Shown here piece after piece: positions 8,380 through 16,982 of a stretch of DNA of 64,000 nt (the first letter of the stretch is position 1; each line of letters opens with the position of its first letter). The DNA comes from Actinomycetota bacterium. GTDB taxonomy: Bacteria; Actinomycetota; Thermoleophilia; Solirubrobacterales; 70-9. Under the pieces are notes generated by a model. The model was given only the letters and a program-made list of their open reading frames with translations, did no database searches and was not told the DNA's origin. The stretch lies in contig JBBPIL010000007.1 in the NCBI GenBank assembly GCA_038040365.1, positions 7,550 to 71,549 on the forward strand, given 5' to 3'. The position numbers and the translations under genes are program-made.

Positions 8380-9253
8380 TCGCGGTCGGCGAGGGTCGCC
8401 CGGTCGTAGCGCGGTGGCCTCTGATCGCGGCGGCCGTGCGCAGCGCGTCGAGCGCGCTTCGGTCGTGGAGCCGCACCATCTCGGCCCCGCCGGCGACGGC
8501 AAGCGCCGCGGCGGCGGCGGTCGCCCACTCGCGCTCGGCGGCCGCGGCCCGGCCCTCCCAGGAGCCCGCCAGCACCGCCCCGAGGAAGTCCTTGCGCGAC
8601 AGGGCCACGAACAGGGGACGGCCGAGGTCGCGTAGCTCACCGAGGCGCCGCAGGATCTCGAGGTCGTCGTCGACCGAGAGGTCGAAGTCGAGGCCGGGAT
8701 CGAGCGCGATCTGCTCCTCGGCCACGCCATGCTCGAGCGCCGTCTGGATCCGCTCGCCGAACCAGCGCTTCAGGTGGGCGACCGGATTCCGGTGACGGGA
8801 CGGCTCGCGATCGGCGCGCGGCGGGCCCTCGATGTGCATGAGCACGTAGCCGCAGCCCCTTTCGGCTACCAGGTCGAGCATCTCGGGGTCGGCGCCGCCG
8901 GAGATGTCGTTGACCGCCACGGCGCCGGCCTCGAGCGCCAGGCTCGCGACCTCGGGCTGATAGGTGTCGGCGGTCACCGGCACGCCGGCGCGCCGGGCCA
9001 GCTCCTCGACCGCAGGGACCAGGCGCGCGGCCTCCTCGTCCGCCGAGACCGCCGCCCCGCTGCGGGCCGTCACCGCACCCACGTCGAGAAGGTCGAATCC
9101 CTCCTCGGCCAGCGCCAAGCCGTCGATGACCGCGCGCTCCGGCGTCTCGCTGCGCGCTCCCTCGAAGAACGAGTCGGCGGTGACGTTGACGATCCCGGCC
9201 GCCAGGGGAGGCGGGAACTCGAGCAGGCGATCGACCAGGCGCCAGCGGGTCAT
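8372..9253 (-). CDS. folP: dihydropteroate synthase-like pterin-binding protein (divergent, FolP2-like)
   Basis: DHPS pattern GIVNVTADSF, VTADTYQPEV, AVNDISGG, VLMHIEG, LDPGLDF, LSRKDF, VRLHD. ATG at 9253 (MTRWRL). Several catalytic motifs are degenerate (see findings). Confidence 0.75.
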   Translation of the reverse strand: MTRWRLVDRLLEFPPPLAAGIVNVTADSFFEGARSETPERAVIDGLALAEEGFDLLDVGAVTARSGAAVSADEEAARLVPAVEELARRAGVPVTADTYQPEVASLALEAGAVAVNDISGGADPEMLDLVAERGCGYVLMHIEGPPRADREPSRHRNPVAHLKRWFGERIQTALEHGVAEEQIALDPGLDFDLSVDDDLEILRRLGELRDLGRPLFVALSRKDFLGAVLAGSWEGRAAAAEREWATAAAAALAVAGGAEMVRLHDRSALDALRTAAAIRGHRATTGRPSPTANG

Positions 9254-9284
9254 CTCCGGTCTAACGTAGCGCGGCCGGTGCCTT

Positions 9285-9446
9285 GTGGTCCGTCCTGTAA
9301 GTCCGTGCCCGATTGGGCGAGGTCCGGGGATCGCCGGGCGAGGACGCAGGGAGCCCGCATGGCAGCGCCATGTGGGCGACCGAGGACGAAGCACGGCGGT
9401 CATCCGGGGCCGCCCAATGGGGTGCGGAATTTGCAGGACGGACCAC
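9285..9446. repeat. 162-nt imperfect palindrome with perfect 13-bp terminal inverted repeats
   Basis: GTGGTCCGTCCTG (9285-9297) pairs with CAGGACGGACCAC (9434-9446). Inner arm pairs are GATTGGGCG/CGCCCAAT and CATGGC-agc-GCCATG. Confidence 0.85.
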
Positions 9447-9464
9447 TAGTACCGTTGCCCGGCC

Positions 9465-10280
9465 GTGTCCCTGCGCTGCCTCTATACCGACCTCGACGGC
9501 ACCCTGCTCGGGCACCACGGGTCGTTGTTTCGCGACGCCGAAGGCAACTTCTCCCTGAAGCAGGCGCGGGCGCTGGAGGCTTGCCACCGCGCCGACGTCG
9601 AGGTGGTGATCATGTCCGGCCGTCGCGAGGCCCAGGTGATGGCCGACGCCCGTCTGCTCGCCCAAACCTCCTACATCTACGAGGCCGGTTGCGGCGTGGT
9701 GATCGACGGGGAGCGAACCCTGCTGACCGGGGACTGGGTGCCGGACGACGACGGGACGCCGGCCGACAAGATGCTCGCCGCTGGGATTCCGGACCTCCTC
9801 TTCGAGCGCTTTCCCGGCAGGCTCGAGTGGCACGGTCCCTGGCATGTCGACCGGGTGCTGTCGCATCTGTTTCGCGGCCGCATCGAGGTCGCCGAGGCCA
9901 ACGCGCTGCTCGCCGAGCACGGCCACGGCGAACTCCGATTTCTCGACAACGGAGCGATCGTGCGGCGCATGGAGGGGCTCGACGGCCCGGCTCACGCCTA
10001 CCACCTGGTGCCCGGCGGCGCCAGCAAGGCGAAGGCCGTCGCCTTCCACATGCGCGCTCGGGGCTACGCGCCGGGCGACTGCATCGGGGTCGGCGACTCG
10101 CTCGAGGACCTCGACGCCGCGGAAGCGGTGGGGCGGTTCTTCGTCGTCGCCAACGGCCCCGAGCGCGATCCCGGCCTGCGCGAGGCGATCGGCGGGCGCC
10201 CCAACGTCACCGTCACCGAGGGCCACAACGGCGACGGCGTCTACGAGGCCGTGATCTCGACCCTCGCCGGCGAGCGGTAA
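9465..10280 (+). CDS. HAD-IIB (Cof-type) family hydrolase/phosphatase
   Basis: GTG start. HAD motif I is DLDGTLLG at the N-terminus. VIMSGR and GVGDSLEDLD (GDxxxD) are also present. Confidence 0.75.
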   Translation: MSLRCLYTDLDGTLLGHHGSLFRDAEGNFSLKQARALEACHRADVEVVIMSGRREAQVMADARLLAQTSYIYEAGCGVVIDGERTLLTGDWVPDDDGTPADKMLAAGIPDLLFERFPGRLEWHGPWHVDRVLSHLFRGRIEVAEANALLAEHGHGELRFLDNGAIVRRMEGLDGPAHAYHLVPGGASKAKAVAFHMRARGYAPGDCIGVGDSLEDLDAAEAVGRFFVVANGPERDPGLREAIGGRPNVTVTEGHNGDGVYEAVISTLAGER

Positions 10281-10286
10281 CAGCCA

Positions 10287-11900
10287 CTACCGGCAGAGGG
10301 CGTGCCCTGGCGCCGGGCGGTCGCGACCGGCGAGGCCGTGACAGTCGCGCAGTCGATCCAGCCTGGCTGCCAGCCCGGCCCGGATGCGCGCCGCCCTGGA
10401 CCCTGGCCTGGGCGGCAGGAGGTTCCGCAGCTCGGCTGGGTCGGCGTCCAGGTCGTAGAGCTCACGGGCGTTGGGCGGGGCGCACTCGCCGCCGCCGTCC
10501 GGGACGAAGCGGGAGTACTCCGCATAGACGCGGCGGGTGGTCCGCACGGCTTCGAATCGGCAAATCCCGAAATCGCCCTCTCGCGATTCGAGGAGGATGG
10601 CTCGATCGCGAGGCCAGGCATCCGCACGGCTCTTGAGCAGGGGCAGGAAGGAGCGCCCATCCATGACGCGGCACCTGTCTGAATTACGGCAGGGCGTGGC
10701 CGAGGCCATCCGGAGCAGCGTGGGCGCGAGATCAATGTTCGCGGTGGCTTGGCTGACCCATTTGGGCGCTGACTCCCCGCCGAAGACCTTGCGCGGCGCC
10801 CAGACGATCAGGGGTACGCGCACCGCCTCCTCGTAGGGAACCGCCTTGCCGCGCAGGCGGTGCTGGCCCTCCAGCCAGCCATTGTCAGAGGTGAACACCA
10901 GGACCGTGTCGTCGAGCTGGCCGGTCCTCCGCAGCGCATCGTGGATCCGTGCCACCGAACGGTCGACGTCGACCAGCGAGCCCAGGCGACAGGCGCGGGA
11001 GCGCTTGAACCTCGCCGCCCGGCGCGCATCCACGGCCCGCGCAGCCCGAACGAAGAACGGCTTGTCGGAGACGTCGCGCTCGCCGAACGACCGAGGCGTG
11101 GGGACGGCGCCCGCCTTGAAGCGGCGCTCATCACCGGGCGCGGGGATCGCGCTGCCGCGGCACCTCCCTGCATGGGCCTCGGCTCCAGCGGGCACCAGGT
11201 GCGGCGCGTAGAGGTTGAGCCAGGCGAAGAATGGCCGGCGGGCGGACCGGTTGGCGCTGATGAACCGGAGCGCGCGCCGAGTCAGCACATCGTCGACGTA
11301 GTCACGGTCGCGGGCGCCGAAATGCCGGCGCACGTTGTTGATCGAGAGGTCGTAATCGAAGTAGGTGTACGGCGGGAGGAGCGTCTCCCATCGGTCCCAG
11401 CCGGGTCCTCGCAGCGCGCCCATGGCGGTGGCGAAGTTCTCGTAGCCGTTCATGAACTTTCCGAACTCGGCGGTCCGGTATCCAGCGCGCCGGAGCCACG
11501 CCGGCAGCACGTTCTCCTTCTCCAGCAGGTCCGGATAACCGGGGAGGTTGGCGAGGACGCCGTTGTTGTGCCCGTACTCCCCGGTGATGAAGGCGGCGCG
11601 GGACGGACAGCAGGACGGGGTGGTCACCACGAAGTCGGTGAACGTCGTTCCGGTTCGGGCGAGACGCTTGGTGCGCGGCATGGCCTGCCCGAGCGAAGCC
11701 GCGTCCTGGTCGTCGCTCATCACGACGACGATGTTCGGGCCCTTGCTCGTGGGCGCCCGGGCCGCGGGCCCTGGGACCTGCTCCGTCGTCCGATTCTGGG
11801 TGACCGGCGAGTTTGACCCGCAGCTGCTGAGCGCGAGGATGGCAGCCGTCGCGACCAAGAGCTTCCCGGGGATGGCCGGCGCCCGCCTCACCCTGGCCAT
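10287..11900 (-). CDS. sulfatase (Cys-type, lipoprotein signal)
   Basis: ATG at 11900 sits behind GGAGG. Signal peptide with lipobox: ILALSSC. Sulfatase signature VVVMSDDQ and CCPSRAAFITG (CxPxR). Confidence 0.85.
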   Translation of the reverse strand: MARVRRAPAIPGKLLVATAAILALSSCGSNSPVTQNRTTEQVPGPAARAPTSKGPNIVVVMSDDQDAASLGQAMPRTKRLARTGTTFTDFVVTTPSCCPSRAAFITGEYGHNNGVLANLPGYPDLLEKENVLPAWLRRAGYRTAEFGKFMNGYENFATAMGALRGPGWDRWETLLPPYTYFDYDLSINNVRRHFGARDRDYVDDVLTRRALRFISANRSARRPFFAWLNLYAPHLVPAGAEAHAGRCRGSAIPAPGDERRFKAGAVPTPRSFGERDVSDKPFFVRAARAVDARRAARFKRSRACRLGSLVDVDRSVARIHDALRRTGQLDDTVLVFTSDNGWLEGQHRLRGKAVPYEEAVRVPLIVWAPRKVFGGESAPKWVSQATANIDLAPTLLRMASATPCRNSDRCRVMDGRSFLPLLKSRADAWPRDRAILLESREGDFGICRFEAVRTTRRVYAEYSRFVPDGGGECAPPNARELYDLDADPAELRNLLPPRPGSRAARIRAGLAARLDRLRDCHGLAGRDRPAPGHALCR

Positions 11901-11964
11901 CCTCCCACCTGTTTCCACGATCGCTGAGATCGGCCTCGGGGAGCCGACGCAAGCCGCGGCGCGA

Positions 11965-12768
11965 TCAGTCGAGCCGCGGCGCGGCGGTGCGCCCACGAAT
12001 CCTGGCCAGCAACCGGTCGGTGAGCCGCGGGGCGAGCCCGTTGAGGCCGAGCAAGCGCACCAGGCCCGGCAGGTAGACGGCGCGCGAGTCCTCCTCCACG
12101 GCCTCGACGATCGCGTCGGCGACGCGCTTCGGCGGCAGCTCGCGCTCGTTCTCCCGCCAGTCCGGGAGCAGGGCGCGCTCGTGAGCGTGGAGGTTCGTCT
12201 CGACCTCGCCGGGAAAGACGGTGGTCACCGACACCCCCGTGCCCGAGAGCTCATGCCGCAGCGCCTCGGCGAAGCCGCGGTCGGCTGCCTTGGTGGCGCC
12301 GTAGACGGCGGCCCAGGGGAAGGCGCGAATCCCGGCTCCCGAGGACAGGATCACGAGGTGGCCGCGGGCCTGGTCGAGCATATGGGGGAGCGCCGCACCG
12401 GCCGTGTAGATGGCGCCGAGGACGTTGATTCGAACCATCTCCTCGGCGCGCTCGATCTCGGTGTCGACGAACGGCCCGTAGTGGGCGACGCCGGCGTTGG
12501 CCACCGCCAGCTCGAGACCCTCGGCGCGCTTCGCGAAGCGGTCGATGGCGCGCTGCACCTGGCCGCGCTTGGCGACGTCGGCGACCAGCGCGAGGTGCGG
12601 GCCGGCTGGACTCTCGGGGAGCTGTTCGACAACCTCCTCCAAACGCTCCCGGTCGCGAGCCACCAGCCCCAGCCGTGCCCCCCGCGAGGCCAGCGCCAGG
12701 CAGAGGGCGCGGCCGATCCCGCGCGACGCGCCGGTGACGATCGCCCTCGTGCCGGGCTCGATCCGCAC
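11965..12768 (-). CDS. SDR family oxidoreductase
   Basis: TGASRGIG cofactor motif, NAG, and catalytic YGATK (YxxxK). Confidence 0.85.
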   Translation of the reverse strand: MRIEPGTRAIVTGASRGIGRALCLALASRGARLGLVARDRERLEEVVEQLPESPAGPHLALVADVAKRGQVQRAIDRFAKRAEGLELAVANAGVAHYGPFVDTEIERAEEMVRINVLGAIYTAGAALPHMLDQARGHLVILSSGAGIRAFPWAAVYGATKAADRGFAEALRHELSGTGVSVTTVFPGEVETNLHAHERALLPDWRENERELPPKRVADAIVEAVEEDSRAVYLPGLVRLLGLNGLAPRLTDRLLARIRGRTAAPRLD

Positions 12769-12841
12769 CGCCGCATCCTCTCATGTTGCTGCTCGTTGCC
12801 GGCGGCGGTTGGTCACGACAGACGACCACTACTATCGGGGG

Positions 12842-13555
12842 GTGACGCAGGAGCAAGCGACGGTCGCCGAGGAGGAGTACCTCCAGAGCATGTTCTGGCT
12901 CGAGGAGGCCGGCCTGCCGATCACCGGGGCCAACATCGCCCGCGCCATGCGCCTATCCGCCCCGACCGTCCACGAGATGATCGGCCGGTTGGAGCGCGAT
13001 GGCTACGTGGAGCGCCACACAGACAAGTCGCTGGCGTTTACGGCCGATGGTCGCCAGCACGCCCAGGCGATCGTCCGACGCCACCGCCTGATCGAGCGCT
13101 TCCTGACCGACGTCCTCGGCGTCCCCTGGGACGAGGTCCACGAGGAGGCGGAGCGGCTCGAGCACGCGATGTCCCCGGTGCTCGAGGAGCGGATGCTGGC
13201 GGCGATCGGCGACGCCAAGACCTGCCCGCACGGCCATCCTCTGGTCGAGGGCACGCGCGAGCAGGGCGTTCTTCTGGCCGACGTCGAGCCCGGCGCCACC
13301 GTGCACGTGCTCAGGTTCGAGAACGAGGCCGAAGAGCTCTTGCACTACCTGAAGCAGGCGGGGCTGCACCCAGGACTCGACGGCACGCTGGAGAGCTCCG
13401 GCGACGACGAGGTGGTCGTCGCCTCGGACGACGGCCGCCACCTGGTCTCTCGCAGCGTCGCGGAGACGGTCTCGGTCCGCGCCGATCCCTCGCCGCCCCC
13501 GCGCCCGCCTCTGCCCGAGCAGCTGGTGCTGTCGAGCGACCGTTACGGCCGCTGA
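12842..13555 (+). CDS. DtxR/IdeR/MntR family metal-dependent transcriptional regulator with FeoA-like C-terminal domain
   Basis: I chose GTG at 12842 so that EEEYLQSMFWLEE is near the N-terminus. HTH IARAMRLSAPTVHEMIGRLERDGYV. Dimerisation/metal region RHRLIERFLTDVLG. Confidence 0.85.
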   Translation: MTQEQATVAEEEYLQSMFWLEEAGLPITGANIARAMRLSAPTVHEMIGRLERDGYVERHTDKSLAFTADGRQHAQAIVRRHRLIERFLTDVLGVPWDEVHEEAERLEHAMSPVLEERMLAAIGDAKTCPHGHPLVEGTREQGVLLADVEPGATVHVLRFENEAEELLHYLKQAGLHPGLDGTLESSGDDEVVVASDDGRHLVSRSVAETVSVRADPSPPPRPPLPEQLVLSSDRYGR

Positions 13556-13556
13556 T

Positions 13557-13754
13557 TCAGAGCTCGCCGCAGATCTGGCGCAGGCGGCGGTAGAGCGCCT
13601 CGTCCTGGGAACGCATCGCGTACTGGCGGCGCCTCACCGAGGCCTCGTGCTCGCGGACGGCCGACGCCAGGGCGGAGAAGCGCCGCTCGGCGACGTTGCG
13701 CTCGCTGACCGCGTCGAGCTTGCGGGTGCCTTCGACCATCGTGATCGGAGTCAT
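13557..13754 (-). CDS. small hypothetical protein (65 aa, helical/charged)
   Basis: ATG lies 9 nt behind GGAGG. The frame is GC3-rich. I do not recognise a family. Confidence 0.4.
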   Translation of the reverse strand: MTPITMVEGTRKLDAVSERNVAERRFSALASAVREHEASVRRRQYAMRSQDEALYRRLRQICGEL

Positions 13755-13786
13755 CTCGGCCTACCTCCTGAACTTGCGGGACTTCC

Positions 13787-13798
13787 GTGACCGGTCAC
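13787..13798. promoter_or_regulatory. perfect 12-bp palindrome GTGACCGGTCAC upstream of the small ORF
   Basis: Seen directly. It is followed by a second ACCGGT half (CGACCGGTTGG). Confidence 0.3.
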
Positions 13799-13869
13799 CG
13801 ACCGGTTGGCGGCACCGTAGCGTCGCTCTCTTAGCGGCATGTAACGGCGGAGTAAAAGTTGCCGGGCGA

Positions 13870-14976
13870 TCAGGCCGGGCTCGCGGCCCGAAGCCCCTCG
13901 AGCGCCTTGGCGATTCTCCCCACGCCGCCGCCGATCCGCTCGGCCGGCACGCTGGCGAACGAGAGGCGGAGGCTGGAGCGCCCACCCTCGAGCATGAAAT
14001 CGCAGCCGGCGATGAACGCCACCCGCTCCTGGAGCGCCGCGGCCAGCAGCTCCTCGCAGTTGACGTCGTCGTTCAGCGTGAGCCAGAGGAAGTAGCCGCC
14101 TCCGGGCAACACGAACTCGGCCTCGGAGAGGCGCTCGGAGAGCGCCTCCACCAGAGCATCGCGGCGCTCGCGCAGCGCTCCCTTGACGAAGGCGATGTTC
14201 TCGTCGAGCGCGCCCGATCGACAGAGCTCCCAGACCACCGACTCGGCGAGCATGTTCGGCGAGATATAGACCTCGTTGGCGCGCTGGGCGAGCTTCGTGA
14301 TCTCCTCCTCGGGGCCGGCGAGGTAGCCCACCCGCACGCCCGGGCTGACGGTCTTCGAGAACGAGGACGAGTGGATCACCCGATCCGATCCGTCTAGCGA
14401 CAGCATCGTCGGCGGTGGCTGCTCGTCGAACGGCAGCTCGCGGTAGGGGTCGTCCTCGAAGATCCAGAAACCGTGCTCGGCGGCAAGCTCGACCAGGCGC
14501 TCACGCTTGGCGGCCGAGAGCGTGCAACCGGCGGGGTTGTGGAAGTTGGGGATCACGTGGACGAGCTTCACCCGGGGGCCCTCCCCAAGAACGCGCTCGA
14601 GCGCCGCGACGTCGATCCCGTCCTCCTCCAGGGCCACGCCGACGCGCTCGGCGCCGAGTCGCTCCAAGAGGAGCAGCGTGCGGTCATAGGACGGCTGCTC
14701 GACGACCACCCGGTCGCCGGGCTCGATCAGGCGCTGGAACAGCATCGCGCCGGCCTCGAGCGAGCCGTTGGTGATCATCACCTGGGAGGGATCGGCGAGG
14801 CCGTGGCGGTCGGCGACCCACTCGCACAGGCCCGGGTGCCCGATGCCCGTCCCGTAGGACAGCGCCCGCTTCCAGTCGTCGGCGAGCGCCCGCTGCGCAG
14901 CCTCACGCACCGCCTCGACGGGCAGGATGTCGGCGCTCGGCGCGCCGCGGGCGAAGCTGATCAGGTCAGCGGCCAT
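13870..14976 (-). CDS. PLP-dependent aminotransferase, class I/II
   Basis: ATG at 14976 (MAADLISFARG). Motifs IPNFHNPAG and SSSFSKTVSPGVRVGY (SxSK PLP-lysine motif). Confidence 0.8.
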   Translation of the reverse strand: MAADLISFARGAPSADILPVEAVREAAQRALADDWKRALSYGTGIGHPGLCEWVADRHGLADPSQVMITNGSLEAGAMLFQRLIEPGDRVVVEQPSYDRTLLLLERLGAERVGVALEEDGIDVAALERVLGEGPRVKLVHVIPNFHNPAGCTLSAAKRERLVELAAEHGFWIFEDDPYRELPFDEQPPPTMLSLDGSDRVIHSSSFSKTVSPGVRVGYLAGPEEEITKLAQRANEVYISPNMLAESVVWELCRSGALDENIAFVKGALRERRDALVEALSERLSEAEFVLPGGGYFLWLTLNDDVNCEELLAAALQERVAFIAGCDFMLEGGRSSLRLSFASVPAERIGGGVGRIAKALEGLRAASPA

Positions 14977-15080
14977 CGGCGAACGAGTATAGGAACGACA
15001 CCCGATCGGCACACAGCGCGCATCACTCGTCACCCTCGGCCGGCTTCCATGGTCTCGTGAGCCGACGTGGATGAGTTTCA

Positions 15081-15110
15081 GCACGACATGGGTGCACAAG
15101 GTCATCCACG
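15081..15110. repeat. repeat family 1, copy A (GCACGACATGGGTGCACAAGGTCATCCACG)
   Basis: 29 of 30 nt are identical to 58987-59016. It is embedded in the inverted repeat GTGGATGA (15067-15074) / TCATCCAC (15102-15109). Confidence 0.85.
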
Positions 15111-15150
15111 GGGGGCTGAGAGATCGGTAACTGGGACCTTGGACCGCGCC

Positions 15151-16026
15151 ATGGCGACACTCGCGGGTCTTCAGCATGGGGTGGTTGCGCGCCGACAGCT
15201 CACGGCACTCGGGCTTGATCGTGGAGCGATCCGGCACCGTCTCAACGCGGGAAGGCTGCACTTCGTTCACCGCGGCGTCTACGCCGTCGGCCATTCTCGG
15301 CTGAGCCGCCACGGCCGCTGGATCGCGGCGGTGCTTGCGTGCGGCGACGACGCTGTGCTCAGCCATCGGTGCGCCGCAGCGCTTTGGGGACTGGCGGCCT
15401 CCGGAATCTCCCGAGTCGAAGTCACGGCCGGCAGCCGAGGGCGTCGTCGTCGAGCTGGCATCGAGCTTCACCAAGTCCGCCAACTGCACCCCGAGGATCG
15501 CTCAGTGCGGGAAGGCATACCTGTTACGACCGTCGCTCGAACCCTGCTGGATCTCGCCGAGGTCGTCGACATGCGGCGGCTCGAGCGGGCGTTCGAGGAG
15601 GCGGAGCGGTTGCGACTGCTCGACCTCCGAGTGATTGAGCGGACTTGCGAGCGAAACGCCGGACGACGCGGGCTGAAGCCACTTCGCGCACTGCTCTCCG
15701 ACGCCCAGCCTGTAGTGGACACGCGCTCGGAGCTGGAGCGCCGGTTCCTCACCTTCTGTCGCGGTGCCCAACTGCCCCCGCCCGCCGTCAACGTCATCGT
15801 GGCTGGGTTCGAGGTTGATGCACTGTGGCCAGATCGGCGGCTTGTCGTCGAGTTGGATGGCTACGCGTTCCATCGCACGCGTGCCGCCTTCGAGCGCGAC
15901 CGTGCGCGGGACGCGGCGCTCCAGCTCGCCGGCTACCGCGTCCTGAGGCTTACCGCTCGGCGCCTGGGCGAAGAACCCGCAGCGGTCGCCGAGGCCGTGC
16001 GGAGGCTGCTCATCCGCCCGCCATGA
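15151..16026 (+). CDS. DUF559 (Vsr-like endonuclease fold) domain protein
   Basis: N-terminus GVVARRQLTALGLDRGAIRHRLNAGRL. C-terminal DUF559 pattern VDALWPDRRLVVELDGYAFH..RDRARDAALQLAGYRVLR. I preferred ATG at 15151 over the upstream GTG at 15067. Confidence 0.75.
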   Translation: MATLAGLQHGVVARRQLTALGLDRGAIRHRLNAGRLHFVHRGVYAVGHSRLSRHGRWIAAVLACGDDAVLSHRCAAALWGLAASGISRVEVTAGSRGRRRRAGIELHQVRQLHPEDRSVREGIPVTTVARTLLDLAEVVDMRRLERAFEEAERLRLLDLRVIERTCERNAGRRGLKPLRALLSDAQPVVDTRSELERRFLTFCRGAQLPPPAVNVIVAGFEVDALWPDRRLVVELDGYAFHRTRAAFERDRARDAALQLAGYRVLRLTARRLGEEPAAVAEAVRRLLIRPP

Positions 16027-16103
16027 TCACTCACCGTGGGGATCAACCCCAACGCCAAGGACGCCGGTTAGGCCACCGCAGCGCGCTTCGAGTGCCGAGG
16101 GTG

Positions 16104-16982
16104 CTACGCCCGCGCCCCGATCGCCTCGACCGCGAGCTGGGCCGTCTCGGTCGGCGAGCGGCCCACCCGAACCCCCCGGCCCTCCAGGGCCTCCTTCTTC
16201 GCCTCGGCGGTGCCGGAGGAGCCGGAGATGATGGCCCCGGCGTGGCCCATCTGCTTGCCGGGCGGGGCGGTGAAGCCGGCGATGTAGGCGACCACCGGCT
16301 TCGAGACCTGCTCGGCGATGAAGTCGGCGGCGCGCTCCTCGGCGTCGCCGCCGATCTCGCCGACCATCACGATCAGCTCCGTCTCGTCGTCCTCCTCGAA
16401 CAGGGTGAGGACGTCGATGAAGTCCGAGCCGACGATCGGATCGCCACCGATGCCGACGATCGACGAGTTGCCCGCCCCCGCCTGCTTCAGCTCGTTGCCG
16501 ATCTGGTAGGTCAGCGTGCCTGACTTGGAGACGACGCCGATCGAGCCGGGGTCGAAGAATTGCGCCGGGATGATCCCGACGTTCGACTTGCCGGGCGAGA
16601 GCACGCCGGGGCAGTTGGGACCGATCAGGTCCACGCCGGCCTCCTTGGCCTCCCAGTAGACGCGCAGCATGTCGTAGATGGGGATGCCCTCGGTGATCGC
16701 GATCACCGTGTTCACGCCGGCCTCGATCGCCTCCGTGATCGCCGCCGCGGCGAACCGCGCCGGCACGAAGACCATCGAGGTGTTGGCGCCGCGCTCGGAG
16801 ACAGCCTCGGCGATCTTGTCGTAGACGGGGATTCCCTCCACGTCCTGGCCGCCCTTGCCCGGGGTGACGCCGGCGACGACGTCGGTGCCGTAGGCGCGGT
16901 TGCGAAGGCCGTGAAAGCTGCCCTCACGACCCGTCAATCCCGAGATCACGAGCTTGGTGTCGGTGTCGACGATGATGCTCAT
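16104..16982 (-). CDS. sucD: succinyl-CoA synthetase alpha subunit
   Basis: [10 protein letters not shown], and the phosphohistidine loop [14 protein letters not shown] overlap with the sucC stop. Confidence 0.95.
   Translation of the reverse strand: MSIIVDTDTKLVISGLTGREGSFHGLRNRAYGTDVVAGVTPGKGGQDVEGIPVYDKIAEAVSERGANTSMVFVPARFAAAAITEAIEAGVNTVIAITEGIPIYDMLRVYWEAKEAGVDLIGPNCPGVLSPGKSNVGIIPAQFFDPGSIGVVSKSGTLTYQIGNELKQAGAGNSSIVGIGGDPIVGSDFIDVLTLFEEDDETELIVMVGEIGGDAEERAADFIAEQVSKPVVAYIAGFTAPPGKQMGHAGAIISGSSGTAEAKKEALEGRGVRVGRSPTETAQLAVEAIGARA

Noticed and set aside
9254-9464. Possible folate/purine-type riboswitch (ZTP/pfl or THF) upstream of the folP-like operon.
   Set aside because: I could not find the conserved cores as I remember them, for example the CCGCCUGGGC-type 3' element of ZTP. 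The region is better described as a long palindrome. An Infernal/Rfam scan would be decisive.
8729-10636. 635-aa plus-strand ORF spanning folP antisense, the intergenic palindrome, the HAD gene (other frame) and the sulfatase 3' end.
   Set aside because: It crosses several well-supported genes on both strands. Its composition is dominated by R/G/P/A, so it is a shadow ORF.
11548-13593. 681-aa plus-strand ORF across the sulfatase 5' end, the SDR gene and the DtxR-family gene.
   Set aside because: It is a shadow ORF like the previous two: it overlaps recognisable genes, has low complexity and shows no family motifs.
15067-15150. DUF559 gene starting at GTG 15067 (MDEFQHDMGAQGHP..).
   Set aside because: This segment is the repeat family-1 element, which recurs in a non-coding context and in another frame at 58987. 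ATG at 15151 precedes the conserved N-terminus.
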